DNA from: the human T2T-CHM13v2.0 reference genome, Homo sapiens
Strand: one strand, 5' to 3'
NCBI RefSeq assembly: GCF_009914755.1
Contig: NC_060940.1
Length of the DNA: 64,000 nucleotides
The position numbers were made by a program, and so were the translations under genes. The notes beneath the pieces are model-generated. The model was not told the DNA's origin. It ran no database searches and worked only from the letters and a program-made list of their open reading frames with translations. The number at the start of each line of letters is the position of its first letter. Position 1 is the stretch's first letter. Shown piece by piece: positions 1 through 41,860 of this stretch.

Positions 1-399
1 AACCCGTAAGGAAAAAGTGTCCAGTATCTAAGACAACATGCTTAGAAGCTGTGAGTCAGGACCCAGTTTCATAATAAGAGGTAGCATCATTGTCACGTCA
101 CTGAGCTTGTTGGGTACCTCTCCAACTCTGACTGAGGCACACACATGTGCATGGCCCTTCTAAAATGTTACTGGCAGGCAGTAAAAGCGGATGTCTGAGA
201 ACAGACTGTTTTTTAGGTGCCCAGTAAGCATCAAATCTTGAGGCATTTGGTCTCTCTTCTGGTGAAAGGGGACAAAAGCAAAAAATAACACTGAAGTTTG
301 GGCTTCAGTTCAAAAAATTCTTTAACTCGGGTGCATAAAAGAGTTCCAAGAATACTGACAGTTATCAGAAAGGAAAATCCTAATTAAAATTAACTAACT

Positions 400-697
400 G
401 GGCTGGGTGCAGTGACTCACACCTGTAATCCCACACTTTGGGAGGCTGAAGCAAGTGGATCACCTGAGGTCAGGAGTTCAAGACCAGCCTGGCCAACATG
501 GAGAAAACCCGTCTCTACTAAAAATACAAAGATTAGCTGGGCATGGTGGCGTGCACCTGTAATCCCAGCTACTTGGTAGACTGAGGTAGGCAGAATTGCT
601 TGAACTCAGGAGGCGGACGTTGTAGTGGACCAAGATCTTGCCACTGCACTCCAGCCAGGGAGACAGAGTGAGACTCCATCTCAAAATAAAAAAAAAT
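400..697 (+). mobile_element. Alu (S-type) SINE
   Basis: GGCTGGGTGCAGTG...TGTAATCCC...A-tail. Confidence 0.9.
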
Positions 698-998
698 TAA
701 ATTAAAAACATAAAATTAACTAACTGAAGCTCTTGTGCACATACATGTCACTGCCTGGCCTCTGGGTGACCAGTACCAAGTGGGCCTAACCAGCCTGCTG
801 TGCAATCCAAGTCAGCCATTGCCCCTCTCTGGGCCTCAGTTTCCCTGCCAGCTTTAGCAGAATGGTAGGAAGGCACAATTACAACCTGCAAATGAGACCT
901 AAGAAACCTACTATGTGCCTGTCCCTACACGGGAGACAGACAAGAAGACACTTGTTCCCTGCCCTCAAGAGAACGCTCTGTCTAGACACTTAGACTAA

Positions 999-1325
<327 letters not shown>

Positions 1326-2517
1326 TAAAAAGTGAGAATCAACAATGAAACAGGAACGTCTCCAGGCATTTGGCGTGTGTCAGGAATTAGGGTTTCAGAA
1401 AGGATACCCAAATGTTAGTTTCCACAGGAAAGGCTCATTCAAAGATGGATGGATAGAACTCAGAAACAAATCCTTATGGAGAGGAGTGTTTTACCTAAAA
1501 CCAGAAATATGGATCTAAAATTTTAACCTTTGGGGTAAGTTTTGGCTTAGGAGGTCTTCCCCGCACCCGTGCAGGGGGGAGCCGGATATTCTGAAAAGAC
1601 TAGATTTGACAAGGGGTGTGCAAAGCACAACTTTAACAGACACAATGATGGGGTCTGACTGCAAACACAAAATCGACAGAATCACATGCTCTTGTCGTCA
1701 GTTACTCTTAGCCCAAAAACCGTTTACTTCTTCCTACTAAGCCTTCTCTGATGACACCCCCGTGAAGTGCTCTGTTAGTGGCTAGACCGTGACCTCCTTG
1801 AGCCATCCAGAGCTTGGCACTCAGTAATGTCAGAATGAAGGGCACCAGCCTTTCCCGAACTTGCAGATCCTACAAATCACCCGAGGGAGTGGTTAAAATG
1901 AGATTCCTGGACCACACCCAGACCCACTCAATCAATCCTTCTGGACAAAGGCCTAGCTGTCTGTTCTAGTAACAAGCATCCTTCCGATCTGGATACTTAA
2001 TTATATCAACTCAACACGCTGGGGGTTCGGACAAGTTGCAGGTTCGAAATTACAATCGTGAGCTCAGGTACCCCCCGACTCCAAGGCTTTCGTGCTTTGC
2101 TGCCAGGAACCCCCAGGGACCAAAACGTCACGGGGACTGAGGCCCAAGGTCACAACGATTGGCTACTGGTAGGACCGGGTCTCAGAACCAGGTCTCCCCG
2201 ATCCCAAGCTCGGAGCCGTTTCTCCTCAGCGTGGTGTCCCCGGGGCCTCAGAGTAGGGCCGGCTGCGCAAGGGACGAGGCAGCCGGGGAACGGCAGAAAT
2301 TCCCAGTCAGGACCCCAGGGAGGTTAGGGCCGGCCCTGGCCCCTCACACCGACTTCTCAGGAATAAACCAGCCGGGGCTTTCAGCGGGGCGGCCGTGGCT
2401 GCGTTCCCATCGAGGAACGGGGTGGGAAGAGAAAATGAGAGGATGTGGGAACGAGGGTGGGCCGGGAGGGGACAGTTGAGGGAGCTCTGGCGCTCAGCTG
2501 GCCCCCACCACTCTCAC

Positions 2518-2630
2518 CTGCCGCCTGGGCTCGCTCCCGGCTTCTCTCCAGCCGTCGACTCCACGCCTTGCGCCTCTCGCGAGAGGAGGAGGCTCCACGG
2601 AGCGACGACTTCCGCCCTCCTTAGGGCCGT
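2518..2630 (-). other. CIAPIN1: CIAPIN1 (anamorsin) non-coding first exon; positions 1-2517 are intron 1 and the coding exons lie outside the window
   Basis: Minus-strand donor CAG|GTGAGA at 2518/2517 inside the CpG island, divergent from COQ9. The identity rests on known head-to-head synteny with COQ9. The TSS end is approximate. Confidence 0.7.
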
Positions 2631-2681
2631 GGTCCCGTAGCTACCGGTCGCGTCGCCGTGGGCGACGTGCCCGCTTCCAAA

Positions 2682-15801
<13,120 letters not shown>

Positions 15802-16425
15802 GAGGAAGGGGTATAAGCTACAATGCCTAGAAGAGAATGAGCGGACAGATTGAAAGAGCTTTGAAAAGTATAAGGTGCCATCCACATAACCTGGTGTTCA
15901 CGAGAACACACTAAAGGACTCCTGAGTCACTACCACAGCCACCTGGAAACCACAAGGCATTTGATGCTACCGTTCTGGTCAGGGATTGGGCTGCTTCTTC
16001 AGTTCCTAATACCAGACCAAGCCTCCTGATGCCTTTCTGCACTGCAACTGTGTGATTGAAAAATGAGATGTTCATCCAAGCAGTCAAGCCACAGAAACCC
16101 AGCATGTCCCTGTCACAATCTCATGGGCACCTTGATCATGTCTTAACCTTCCCTTAACCTTGGGGCTCCCAAGCCAGAGTCAAGGTCTGACGCCACCTCA
16201 AGGTGACAGCTCATCTCCAGCACAGCACAGGCGTGTGCACACAGAGGTGTTCCTTGCAGCCCCCTCCCTCTCAGGTGTCCTGAGATGCTGCTCCTGGGAG
16301 CCCCCTCAGAAAACTGCCTCACCTGAGACAAGTGCCTGCTGGACAGAGGTGTGATTCCAGGCCTGGTGTCACATGACACCAGCATGCATTGCAGGATTAT
16401 TAGTGTATTTTGAGTCTGTAAAAAT

Positions 16426-16431
16426 AATAAA
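16426..16431 (+). terminator. COQ9: COQ9 polyadenylation signal
   Basis: AATAAA about 625 nt after the stop, with upstream TGTA and a downstream GT/T-rich tract. Confidence 0.8.
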
Positions 16432-17826
16432 TATGTTTGAAGTAGTTTCCCATTGTGTAGTTAGTTTCCTTATCAATCATGATAGGTATCCAGGACCCCA
16501 GAGGGAGACAGGTTAAGTTATGGCAGCCAGGAGACCTGTGTTCTGGCGCTGCCACTGCCTAATACATAGTGGTAATTATAGTACCTCTGCGTCTCTGGGC
16601 TCAAGTCTTCCCATCAGTAAAATACGGGTAACAGAAGCCTTCCCACAGACCATCAGCTCCCTTGGCTGCTCTTGTCTGACGATTTTAGTGGTACATTCTT
16701 TAGCCCCAGTAATTTTCTCAGCCTCTACACTGGCTGGGTTCCCTTTGCACGTCTGGTTAGCTCTGTTTTCTGCTTTGCTCTCTTCTGCCTGTCAGCTGAA
16801 TATTAATGGGGGAAAGTCAGCAACTAATTGAATTTCAGATCTCTTGTGGGTCTTCCACTGGATCTTTTTTGCACCTCTCAATTCCTTGTATCTCTTGACA
16901 TCCTGTGAAGTTTTCGCAGTAGCTGTTCCAGTTTTCATTGCATTCTCCTTTTTCCTTCATAGCATCCATCTTACACTCAGCAGACAACCATAATTCTTAA
17001 TTTACCAAGATGACACAGGTTATGGAGCAGGGTTCCATCAGTGCCCACCCTCTGTTTCAGGAAGAGGTGTCACTCTTTGCAAAGGCAAACTCCTCTTTAT
17101 CTGGTTACTCTTCTCCCAACTCTTAAATGTATTTCCTGCCACGTTCTATTTTAGAGCTTTTCTCTGTTGGAGCAGCAGCCACTTTTTTTGAGGCCCATTT
17201 AAACCTCTCTCCAGTCTGTTTAGGGGACTTCAGTAGTTCTTTGTTGAGCATGCACCCCACATGGTGCCCACTGCCAGGCACTGGGGATGCAGAGACAAAG
17301 AGTTCCCACTCACCCACCACAGCTACACAGACTGTAGAGGAAGCATTAGGTTAAAGAACATTGTATCTTTTCCTGAAGTTTTCAGAAGTGCATGGTCCAT
17401 ACTTGAGACTGCAAGGGAAAGGGTATTTACTTATAATTCAGGTATACTTTGCTAAAATATACATTCATATTAAAATATACTTTTGTTTTTCTATAGATGT
17501 ACAAGTTCTTTTTAAGTGCTTCATAGTATTCCATGTGTGTATACTCCACCAGGTCTCTTATCAATGGACAGTACAAACAGTACTACCACGAACGTCCCTG
17601 CACTCGTATCTTTGTTTACAACTGCAAGTGTTTCTGCAGTATGAATTCTTAGAAGTGTTACTGTTAAGTGAAGGACGTATGCGTGTTTTGCCAAACTACC
17701 CTCCGAGATAGCTGAATCTGGTACATTTTAAAGCAGGAGGCCGCAGAAGACGCTCGGCAGTTCTGGCCTCCGAGCAGCAGGCGGCGCTGTGAGTCGTCTT
17801 TGCGGAAGCCGCGGAGGCCTCGCTGA

Positions 17827-26296
<8,470 letters not shown>

Positions 26297-26838
26297 CTGC
26301 AGCTTGCCTGCTTCAGCAAAAACGGAGATTCAGGCCAGCAGCTGGATATGGGGGTCTCTCTTCAGACTCTTCTCGTTTCTGAGAATCTAGTCTACTGTTG
26401 GTTGAGCTTCTTGGCAGGACATCAGTACCAACTAGAAGTGGGTCATAGATAGATTACCAGGGATGCAGTGGTGTTTAGGCAGGATAGGTCTTTACTGGCC
26501 CTGACTGCTGTTAATAATTGGCAGCAGTGCTCCCCAGATCCCAGAAGGTCCCTGCTGGAGTGTTTCCAGTGCACCTGTAGGGAACCAACTAGACTTCTCT
26601 CCTGGTTAGTCCAGCTCTTTACTCTAAACCCTTTCTGTCCAAAATGAGTCATTTTCAGTTGTACCTTAGATGTCTGGTGTTGAGGATCAAGTGCCATAGC
26701 CTTTATTCAGGGGGCCTATAAACCCTTCCAGTTCTTGCCCCAGGGCTGGCCTGCTAGCGCTTCAAATTCCCAGGTGTCCCTAATTTGAGAAGTAACCTTT
26801 TGGAATAGCATTAGACCCTGGCTGTCCCCTCCCCACCA

Positions 26839-26844
26839 AATAAA
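26839..26844 (+). terminator. POLR2C: POLR2C proximal polyadenylation signal (candidate)
   Basis: AATAAA in the 3' UTR. Confidence 0.55.
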
Positions 26845-26914
26845 CATGATATTTCATTCTCTGTCCAGCAGTCATGAACCCCTTCACCTGCAATGACCTG
26901 ATCATTTAGTTTGG

Positions 26915-26950
26915 TGGGGGTGGGGGTGGGGGTGGGGGTGGGGGTGGGGG
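26915..26950 (+). repeat. (TGGGGG)6 G-rich hexamer repeat, G-quadruplex-forming
   Basis: Six perfect G5 runs separated by single T. Confidence 0.95.
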
Positions 26951-27128
26951 TGGAAGCAGCCGCAGGAGCAAGGGCCCCTCCCACATACACAGGAGGAGTA
27001 TTTCATTTCTCCTTAATGAAGGCTCTGGCCCTAACCCCTCAGCACTGTCTCCAGATAGGAACATGCACAAAGCAGTTAATTAGGCAGCCTGGAGAAAACC
27101 AGAGATCCAGTACAGAAAGGAAAGGATA

Positions 27129-27169
27129 TTTATTGATTAACAGAAGTTGTCTTTTTAAAAGTGTTTATT
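27129..27169 (-). terminator. DOK4: DOK4 polyadenylation signals (two AATAAA on the minus strand)
   Basis: TTTATT on + at 27129-27134 and 27164-27169, about 1.4 kb past the DOK4 stop. Confidence 0.7.
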
Positions 27170-27175
27170 TTTGGC

Positions 27176-27181
27176 AATAAA
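27176..27181 (+). terminator. POLR2C: POLR2C distal polyadenylation signal
   Basis: AATAAA directly beside the minus-strand DOK4 signal. Confidence 0.7.
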
Positions 27182-28565
27182 GAGCACAACATAATCTCCT
27201 TCATGCGTCATCGTGCCACTTAGCTGAGCCAGCCAGCTCTGCCTCCCTCCCCAAAGACCTTTGGACCCCAGTTCCCCTCTACAGGCTAGCTCATCCCTCT
27301 GGGTGGTCATTCCCCGGGTCACGTTGAGAGCGAGGCTGACTGCACCACCTCCCTAGCTCAAGGGCTCCTTTGGGAGGGGCCGCGTGCTTTATCATCCTCC
27401 TGCCACAACTCAAATAGTGGTTATTTACAAGAAGGTCTGTTCCCACAAATCAGGACCCTAAAGTATTAAAAAACAAAACCCAAAAAACAACAAAAAACCC
27501 CACACAACCAAAAGTTTGACGTGAATAGAAAGATAGCCCTTCTGCATGGTAGTCAACAAATACCAGCACTAGAAAATCAATTGCTTTAATTGCATTGCAG
27601 CAGGGAGCCTCAGCACCATGTGGGGAGGAGGAAATGGGAAGGTCTTGGTTTCAGAGTGCTTTTGGCTGGCCAGAGGGTGGCCAAACAGGGCAAGGGGGCT
27701 CCCTCTGCTTGGGCATTGTCCACCCCTGGTCAGTGAGAGGGGGGCAGCAGGGGTGCTCCCCACGGCAGTCCTGCTGCGGCCTTCCCTCCTGGCCTATTCC
27801 TGGGGCAGGAACAAGCTCCAGCCTTCCTCCACATGGCTGAGGTAATCAGCACCCCTACCCCAGGGGCATCTTCCCAGCCTACAAAGCAGGAAGGAGCCTG
27901 TGCAGAAGTTACATTTTAAAACCAGATTTTCACCTGAGGCGTCAACCAGATGTCACCTCTGCTTAAAACTCCAACTGCAAGGCTGGCAAGCAGCACAGAG
28001 GAAGTGCAGATCCTTCCTGTGTCACTCCAGGCCCAGAGGAACTGAGAAGCCACCTGCTGTTCCGGCCCTTGGGCTGTCTGGGAAAAGCCAGCAGTCAGAG
28101 TGCCAGCCTCAAGCTCTGATTATCCCCCTCCTGTGGCCCTGGTAGTTCAAGCAGGTCCTGGCAGCAGGAGGGCTGTGCCATGGAGGATGGACACGACTGC
28201 ACTCATACTCAAAAACAGCCTTGACCGTGGCCTGGTCATGGGATTAAAAAATTTGTGTGTATTGGTGGGGAAGGATGGGGTGAGGGTGAGGGGATCTCAT
28301 TGATACAGAGTATGTCATAAGCCATATATATTAAAATCATTAACAGTATATAGTCCCACGGTAGCTCCAACCCCTCACACATGCTCAGGTGGTGTGGCCA
28401 GCCCTTTGCCTCAGTCCAGCCTCATCCTTGGGGGCAAGGAGGGGGCAGCTTGCTCCCTTTCTCCAGGCTCTTGGCCGACAGCCCCCTGAGGCTGTCCACG
28501 GTACACTGCAGCCAGCCCCGCAGCAGGCAGCCCCCAGCAGTCATCGGTGCTCGCCAGCACTGTGG

Positions 28566-34717
<6,152 letters not shown>

Positions 34718-36405
34718 GGTTTTCCCACCTTTTAGGGGCGCGGGGCCTGGCAGAGGCGAGGGGAAGGATGCCCAGGTGCCTGGGTCTCCGGCTCCTCCAA
34801 TCACCTGTTCCAGACACTCTGTCGGGGCTGCCGCGAGGGGCTGCTCCTCACCTCACCCGCCTCAGCATTGTTCTAGCAGCTCCTTCGCCCCGCGCCTGCT
34901 GGAAATAAAAATGACAGGGAGATTAGAGACAGTGACATCTTTCTCTTCCTCTCGCTGTCTCGCTCTCTTTTTTCCTTCCTCTTCCCACACTCCTCCTCTC
35001 TCCCTCTTCCCTCCCTCCTTCCTCCCGCCCTTCTTCCTTCCCTTCCCTCCCCACCCCAGGACGACAGAACCATTCAGGAAAACCGAGGTGGAGGCGGCAG
35101 TGAGGAAAATGGTCCAGCCCAGTCCCCTCCCTCACGGCTGGGGCTGGCAGTTAACCCCTTCCTGGGAGGACTGGCTCTGGCTCCTACTGTGGAGGTGGGG
35201 ACCCAGGAAGGGAAGTGGCAGGGAGCTGCTGTCCCTCAGCACTTTGGGATCGTGGCCCCATCAACTGTGATAACTCTGGTGCAAATTTAGGTCAACTTGC
35301 CAAGAGCAAAAGCCCCTTCCTGGGTACAAGAGCTCCCAGGGGTAGCAGGGAAGCGCTTCCCAGAGATGGAGGAGGAGGGTCGCAGGAGATGACCCCTGCG
35401 TGTCTGAGTGAACCCCATGCTCTGCAATGTTAAAGACAATTTGCCTGGTCAGCTCAGCAGCCCCCACAAACCCCTCTACCCTCCTGCCCCACCCGGTCCT
35501 CTACCTGTTTCTCTCCAGCCCCAGGCTAAGAATCACTACCTCGAGCTCACGCAGGGCCTGTTCCCAGGCCCTGCAACTCTTCCGCACGCAGCTCTGGGTG
35601 CTGCTTCCTGGGTGGGAGGGCAGAGTCCAGTGGGGCGGGCCTCCAGATAAGCCTGAGGAATGTGCTGGGCCGGCTGGAGGTAGCCACTGTGGGAGCAGAC
35701 GCCTTGCCCTGGCCCTGGGGTTGGGAACGCTGGCCAGTCCGTGAGGGTGGGGCCCGGGCCCCAACAGGCCACTGGGTCTGGCCAAGCCAAGCAGGCCCTC
35801 CATGTCCTGAGCATGGGCAGGAGTTAATTATAGGAGTACCAGTCAGGGCCCTGGGGCAACAAGACATGCAGGAGACAATGTGGGATACCAAGGGGAGGTA
35901 GATATGGAGCAGGAAGTGGGAGTACCAGCAGAGCCACCCCAAATCAGGCAGATCTACAGACAACAAAGACTCAGACTCAGGGGGAGGCTCAGTGTTGACC
36001 CAGTCTAACCCCTTCATTTTATAGATGGAGAAAGAAAAGTTGCCCAGAGAGGGTAAGCTACATGACTAAGGTCACACAGCAGGCCTGGGGCAGAGCCAGG
36101 GATGAAGGAGAAGGTCCAGGGTGGTGATGGAGACCAGTCTGTGGGGGGAACATCCTGCTGCCGTCTCTGGCTGCCTGCCACCACCTAAGCCTTCCCTGCC
36201 ATCCATCCTCGGGGGCAGGGTTATGCCAGCAATGTGGCCCCTGTGTCTTCAGGATCAGCGGGTGGGAACGGAGCAGCATTTCTGGGGTCAGCTGGGTATC
36301 TGTGCTGCCAGAACGGGGCCCTGGGACAGGCATGCTGCTGGTTGTGCCAGCAGCTTGGCATTAATTAATGTCCTGGAGGCCTGTCTGTTGAGTGCCTAAC
36401 AAGGA

Positions 36406-36465
36406 ACAGATGGGACTACCCCAGTGGGCACACGCACAGATGGGACTACCCCAGTGGGCACACGC
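36406..36465. repeat. Perfect 30-bp tandem duplication in DOK4 intron 1
   Basis: ACAGATGGGACTACCCCAGTGGGCACACGC x2. Confidence 0.95.
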
Positions 36466-37021
36466 AAACAAGGGAGGGGCAGAGACGGTAATGCGCCCCT
36501 ATCCCACTTGCACCCTGATAGCCCCTCAATTCCACTCCTGCCCATTCACTGCCTCTATCCCAGCTCCCTGGGGTCCAAGAACCTCCCACAGTTAGGCAGT
36601 CTACATTCCTCCTATAAGGTCTGGTCTGGGGTCCCCTCACTGGCAACTGATCCCCAACAGCTCTGCTACACCTGGGCTCTGGCAGCCAGAGATGGGTCAA
36701 TTTTCTCAGCTCTGTCTTCACCGCCTGCCTCTGGGGCTGCCTTCTCCTCAGAGCAAGGACCAGCTCAGGAGTTCCTCTCCAAGATGATTAGCAGGCTGAC
36801 CACTGGCTGTGGGTCTACAGTGTGGAAGCCCCCAGTCAGAACACGCCTACAGGAAGCCACTGGACCCCCAGGTTCATCCAACATAGCTCAGACATAGCAC
36901 AGCCCGGAGTGTGAATCCAGCTGGCTGTGTGGTCCTGGGCAAGCCGCTTAAGACCCTGTGCCTTAATTTCCCCATTGGAAAAAAATGAGAATAAATCTAC
37001 CTACTTTAAATGAGGAAATGA

Positions 37022-37995
<974 letters not shown>

Positions 37996-38557
37996 CAGAG
38001 CTTCTGCCTTGAAAACTCCAAGGGCTGTGTGTATGTATATATATATAGTTTTCTTCAAGAGTTGCTGCCCAGACAGGGCGGTGAAACCACCAGAAGCCAG
38101 CCTGCTCCTTCCCAGTGTTGCCCCACCAGGGACTGTGGCCCCAAGCTCGCAGGAGTGCTCCTGCTGCGTCTGTCCATAGGCCCCACCCCGTCCCATACCC
38201 CAGGTCCCCAGCGGGAAGAGTGACCTTCACGGGGAAGGCTGGGTGCCAAAGTCCTGCCAGCTCACTCCGGCCCTGAGTCACAGGGACCCCTGGCCACACT
38301 TAGTCCCTAATGATGTTTGCAAGAGCAAGACCTAACCTAGGACCCAAAATGGTGGGCAAAGAGGGGTTGGGAAGGGGAGGGAAAGGTCAGGGCCAATAGG
38401 TGGACCCACAAATTTGACAGGCAGTGGGGTCAAGTGGTGAGGGGGGGGCCCAGAACCAACCCACCATCCTCCAGAAGGAATGCACTGTGTTAAGCAAGCG
38501 AGGCGGCCCCCAAGCTGAGCCTGTGAAGGCCCAATAGGACAGCAAGAAGTGGAGAGC

Positions 38558-38860
38558 AGACCAGGCACAGTGGCTCACACCTGTAATCCCAACACTTTGG
38601 GAGGCCAAAGTGGGAGGATCACTTGGGGCCAGGAGTTCAAGACCAGATCCGGCAACATAGAGAGACCCCGTCTCTACAAAAAATGAAAAAATAAGCTGGG
38701 CATGTGGCACGTGCCTGTAGTCACAGCTACTGGGGAGGCCGAGGTGGGAGGATCACTTGAGCTCAGGAATTCCAGGTAGCAGTGAGCTATGATCAAGCCA
38801 CTGCACTCCAGCCTGGGTGATAGAGTGAGACTGTTTCTAAAAAATTTCAAAAAAATCAAT
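38558..38860 (+). mobile_element. AluJ SINE
   Basis: Alu consensus. Confidence 0.85.
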
Positions 38861-41199
38861 TAAAAAAATACAAAAATTGGAGGGCAGCTGAGGCTAGGCA
38901 GGCCAGGAATTGGGTTGAAGTAGCCCCTGCCCTGTTTGTCCCTCAGGCCCTTGTCCCCAACAGGCCTGCAGCAGGAAGAATGCTTGCTACTTTGAGAGGA
39001 CCTGAGGTCTTGGGTCCTTCCCCAGCACTGTGAGCTCCGAGCTCCCAGCTAAGCACGGTGTCCAGCAGTCGCTCTCAGGGTTCCAGTGAGGGAGGAGGGG
39101 AGCAAGGGCCCCCCGCATCCCACCTCCCAGCCTGGTACCAATACTGCTGCTTACCCAGGGACAGTACCTGCCTGGTGCCAGGCCACCACAGGTTTCCGCG
39201 CAGGGAGAGCCAGCTCCAAAATGCTCCTCTCCCCAGGAAGGGCTGGTGTCCTGGGGTGGCGGGGAGTAGGGAGACTCCCAGGGCCCTCACTGCCCACCTG
39301 CCCCACAGGGCAGCCATGCTGAGCACTCCCTCTCGCACATGGATTCTGCCTGGAGGCTTTGGCTCCAGAACAAACGCGCTGAGGCTGGCAACCAATGACT
39401 GAGCGAGCGGCTGCCTGCCTGGCTGGGCCTCCCCACCCCTGACAGATCGGATCTTATCAGGGCTGCAGGAACAGCCCTACCTGGACACCATCTCAGTGTC
39501 GTCTGGCTGTCTCGATCCAACGGCGAAGATTGGATCTGTGGGATTCTCTCCAGCACCAGAGCCATTTCCCATCACCTGCTGCTCTGCCCCCACCCCACCC
39601 CAAGATTGTTGTCAGAGGCCGGCTGGGAGTGCTCCCAACAGATCCCCATAGGGGCCACCGGCCAAAACATGGTGAGTCCCATCAAGGTGGATGGCAAAGA
39701 CAGACCAAATACCCATCTAGGCAGACAGGGACGGCAGAAGGAGGGGACATCTGAACAGCCATGGTCCCCCAGACCCTTAAGCCAGGAGAGTAATGCTGTG
39801 GCCCCGTACCACTCTGGTTCTCCTGGGTCCCCTGCCCACCCCTCAACATGCCAAAACCCCTCCCTCGAGGGACCACTGCACTAGCTGTTTCCCACCTACA
39901 ACATTGTTCCCTCACATGCTCATGGTTCATTCCATTGCTTCATCCACCTCCTCCAGGAGGCCTTCCCTGACTACCCTCACCAAAGGACCCCCACTAGTCA
40001 GCCTCTCTCACAACATCAGATGCGGCTGTCTTCATCGCACATCACCATGGGATTTTCTTGTTCTTACATCTGTCCATTTGTTTCTGGCCACAGAGAGACA
40101 TCTGGAATGTCAGCTCCCTGGTGGCTCGGCCTCGTCTGTCTAGTTAACAGCTCTATCCCAGCTCCCAGAATGGTGCCCGGTGGGAAGGAGATGCTCAATA
40201 TTTGGGGGCTGAACACGTAATTCTCTCCAGGACTTGTCCTCCTCCCCATCCTTTCTTCCACCACCACCAGCCTCCATCTGGCTGGACCTGGCTCAGCTTC
40301 CAGAGGTGCGTGAGCCACAGTGGGCTCCCAGCTCCTGGGTCTCAGCGCTGACTGGCATGGCCAGCAGGCTGTTGTTACTGGAGAACCAGCTGTGCCCAAG
40401 ACCCGCAGTTTGGTTCAGAGCTGCCTCAGGGAAGAGCATGCTGCTGACATCGAGGCCAGGCCTAGTTGGGCGGCCCCACCTTGGCCAGGGTTGTGGGGTG
40501 AGGTCATGCCCAGCCCTGCTGCCCTGCCCAGGAGGGAAGTGCTGGGAGTAACCAGTACCAGCACAGCAAGGCAAGCAACTGGGGAGAGGAGGCACAGCTC
40601 CTGGGATCAGAGTTGGGGGTGGGGGCAGGAAGAGCCTGTACCAGCGCCACATCCCTCTGAAAGGGTCCAGGAAAGAACCTGCCCTAAGCAAGCCCACCTC
40701 ACACTGCCCAAGTGGAGTCTCCTAGAGATACTGCCAGGCCCCTCGCTGCCCTGGCCATCAGACCCCTCCAACCCACACCCTCCATCCAAGCGGAAGCGCC
40801 CCAGCAACTGACGTGTCCCCATGGCTTGGGGCAGGCAGGCTGCACAGAGCCCCTGCTCTGCCACATCACCCAGGTGCCCAGCCTCGGCTCATGCCCCTTT
40901 TCAGTAATAGAAAGCATGTAACTGGATCTAGGGCCTTGCGGGCCCTGGGGGAGAAGGTGGACAGGACCTTGGGGGCCAATGGAGAAAGGTTCAAGGACAG
41001 GAGGCAGCTGGCCATGAGTTTGGGCTGTGGGGAGAAACCCCATAGGCAGGAGGGGGTCGGCAGTGGGGGCCAGCTGGGGTACAGAAAATCATCTCTTGGA
41101 ATTTGGAGGAGGTGAGCGAACAGGAGGCCCCGGGGAGGAGCAGGAAGGCAGAGAGAAGGTTGGGAGCTGCCAGGGGCTGGGTTATGCCCCTTCCGGGGG

Positions 41200-41860
41200 G
41201 GCAGGCCCGGGAGCGCAGGGCCTGGGTTGCTCGGATGAGGTTTGTGTGGGTGCGGGTGAGGTCAGCTCGCGACCTGGGCTCCCCCGGAGAGGAAAGCTGC
41301 GGGTGGAGAGAGCGCAGGGAGTTTCAGGGCCCAGGCACTGGCTTTTGGGGGGCGGGTCTCTAAGCTCCCCACCCGAGAGTAGGAAGGTCCCATGGGACGG
41401 AGCGTCCTCAGGTTCAGGAAGTGACTGAGGGTCCTCAGGGGTGGGAGTCGCCGAGACTCTTGCAGGCTCTGGGCGGCCTATGTCCCCCTCCCTGCCTCAC
41501 GCCCCCCAATTTACCTGGGCGCCGAGGCCCGGGCCAGGAGCGCCTGCTCAGCGGCGCCGCGGAGCAGGCTCATGCCCGCGTCACGGCGCGGCTGGCGGGG
41601 GCGGCAGGGCGGCGGCGGCGCCGGGCTCCAGGCGGGGACGGCGAGGGAGGCGCGGCCGCAGGGCTAGGGATCGGGCTCCGGCTGGGGCTCCGGCTGGGAC
41701 TCCGCTCCGCTCCCCCCTCCGCCAGGTCTCGCCGCTGCGCCCCGCCCCCTGCCCCGCCCTGGCGGCCGGCCCCCGCCGTATTCCTCCGAGCCGCGGGACG
41801 CGCGATTCTGCCCTGGCGCCCTGGCACCCCCGCACCCGCTTCAGGTCGCCCCCGGTACCC
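41200..41860 (-). promoter_or_regulatory. DOK4: DOK4 CpG-island promoter
   Basis: Very dense CpG; tandem CCCGCCCC Sp/KLF boxes at ~41740-41760. Confidence 0.8.
41515..41750 (-). other. DOK4: DOK4 non-coding exon 1 (5' UTR); 5' end approximate
   Basis: Minus-strand donor CCCAG|GTAAAT at 41515/41514 inside a CpG island, with GC boxes upstream at ~41740-41780. Confidence 0.7.
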
